57,119 nt of DNA. It comes from a virus (lineage: Duplodnaviria; Caudoviricetes). Every line of letters begins with the position of its first letter. Position 1 is the stretch's first letter. The notes beneath the pieces are model-generated. The model was given only the letters and a program-made list of their open reading frames with translations. It did not search any database and was not told where the DNA came from. Below are positions 56,937-57,119 of the stretch, piece by piece. Position numbers and translations under genes: made by a program. The stretch lies in the IMG/VR virus record IMGVR_UViG_3300031840_000710, positions 1-57,119 of that record; one strand, 5' to 3'.

Positions 56937-57119
56937 TTAATCCTTTTTAAAATGTCGTCTTGCAATTTCTTGTAGTCCATAAGCATCTGGATCTATCTCT
57001 TCTTCCTCTTCTGGAGCATCTACTAGAAATTCTTCTTCTGGGAACATACCGGGTTGGTCGGGAGCTAGCTTTGCTGCTGTTACCTTACCAATGAGTTCGC
57101 CGAACTTTTTATTTTGAGC
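56937..57119 (-). CDS. 3' end of an upstream hypothetical protein (acidic C-terminus), truncated by the window
   Basis: Hand translation: ...AQNKKFGELIGKVTAAKLAPDQPGMFPEEEFLVDAPEEEEEIDPDAYGLQEIARRHFKKD*, stop 2 nt before phoH ATG. Confidence 0.7.
   Translation of the reverse strand, partial: AQNKKFGELIGKVTAAKLAPDQPGMFPEEEFLVDAPEEEEEIDPDAYGLQEIARRHFKKD

Noticed and set aside
46-56950. Dozens of 60-135 aa plus-strand and nested minus-strand ORFs in the track
   Set aside because: They lie wholly within long, motif-bearing minus-strand genes and lack SD or promoter support, so they are shadow ORFs. Only 11042..11212 was kept.
1-57119. Stop-codon reassignment (seen in some large phages)
   Set aside because: Genes are full length and tightly packed under code 11, and TAA, TAG and TGA all end genes.
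1-57119. Cellular or giant-virus (NCLDV) origin suggested by GTs, PhoH and fused Mre11-Rad50
   Set aside because: T4-like portal, terminase, gp6/gp25 baseplate genes, SD sites and sigma70 promoters indicate a tailed bacteriophage.

Overview
A 57 kb, gene-dense segment of a large tailed dsDNA phage (myovirus-like, distantly T4-related gene set). Almost all genes are on the minus strand. In transcription order (right to left) it holds: a PIN-PhoH protein, an HExxH zincin and a Cas4/RecB-like PD-(D/E)XK nuclease; five tandem glycosyltransferases; an FmdB zinc ribbon and a phage sigma factor; a baseplate/tail block (DUF2272-like hydrolase, 2.2-kaa protein, gp25, gp6, DNRLRE-like and LamG proteins, tail-collar-like paralogs); RuvC, primase and a fused SbcD-SbcC (Mre11-Rad50); a putative holin/spanin trio; large terminase; and portal. 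Two promoter classes can be read from the DNA. One is five copies of TTGACA-N16/17-TATATT (with TG extension) before non-structural genes. The other is a recurrent NCTA(T/A/C)TTA octamer, mostly before structural genes, which is the likely target of the phage sigma factor. The best candidate for an undescribed system is a strong [S/T]-[G/A]-S tripeptide enrichment in a subset of tail/baseplate proteins, in a phage that carries its own five-glycosyltransferase operon. This suggests sequon-directed virion glycosylation, which is a hypothesis. Other leads are shared N-terminal tags on unrelated proteins, a Cys/His-rich holin-like protein, a lone antisense membrane mini-gene and a perfect 16-bp inverted repeat containing late-promoter motifs. 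No tRNA, rRNA, CRISPR array or mobile element was recognised. All family calls come from motif recognition by eye, not database searches.
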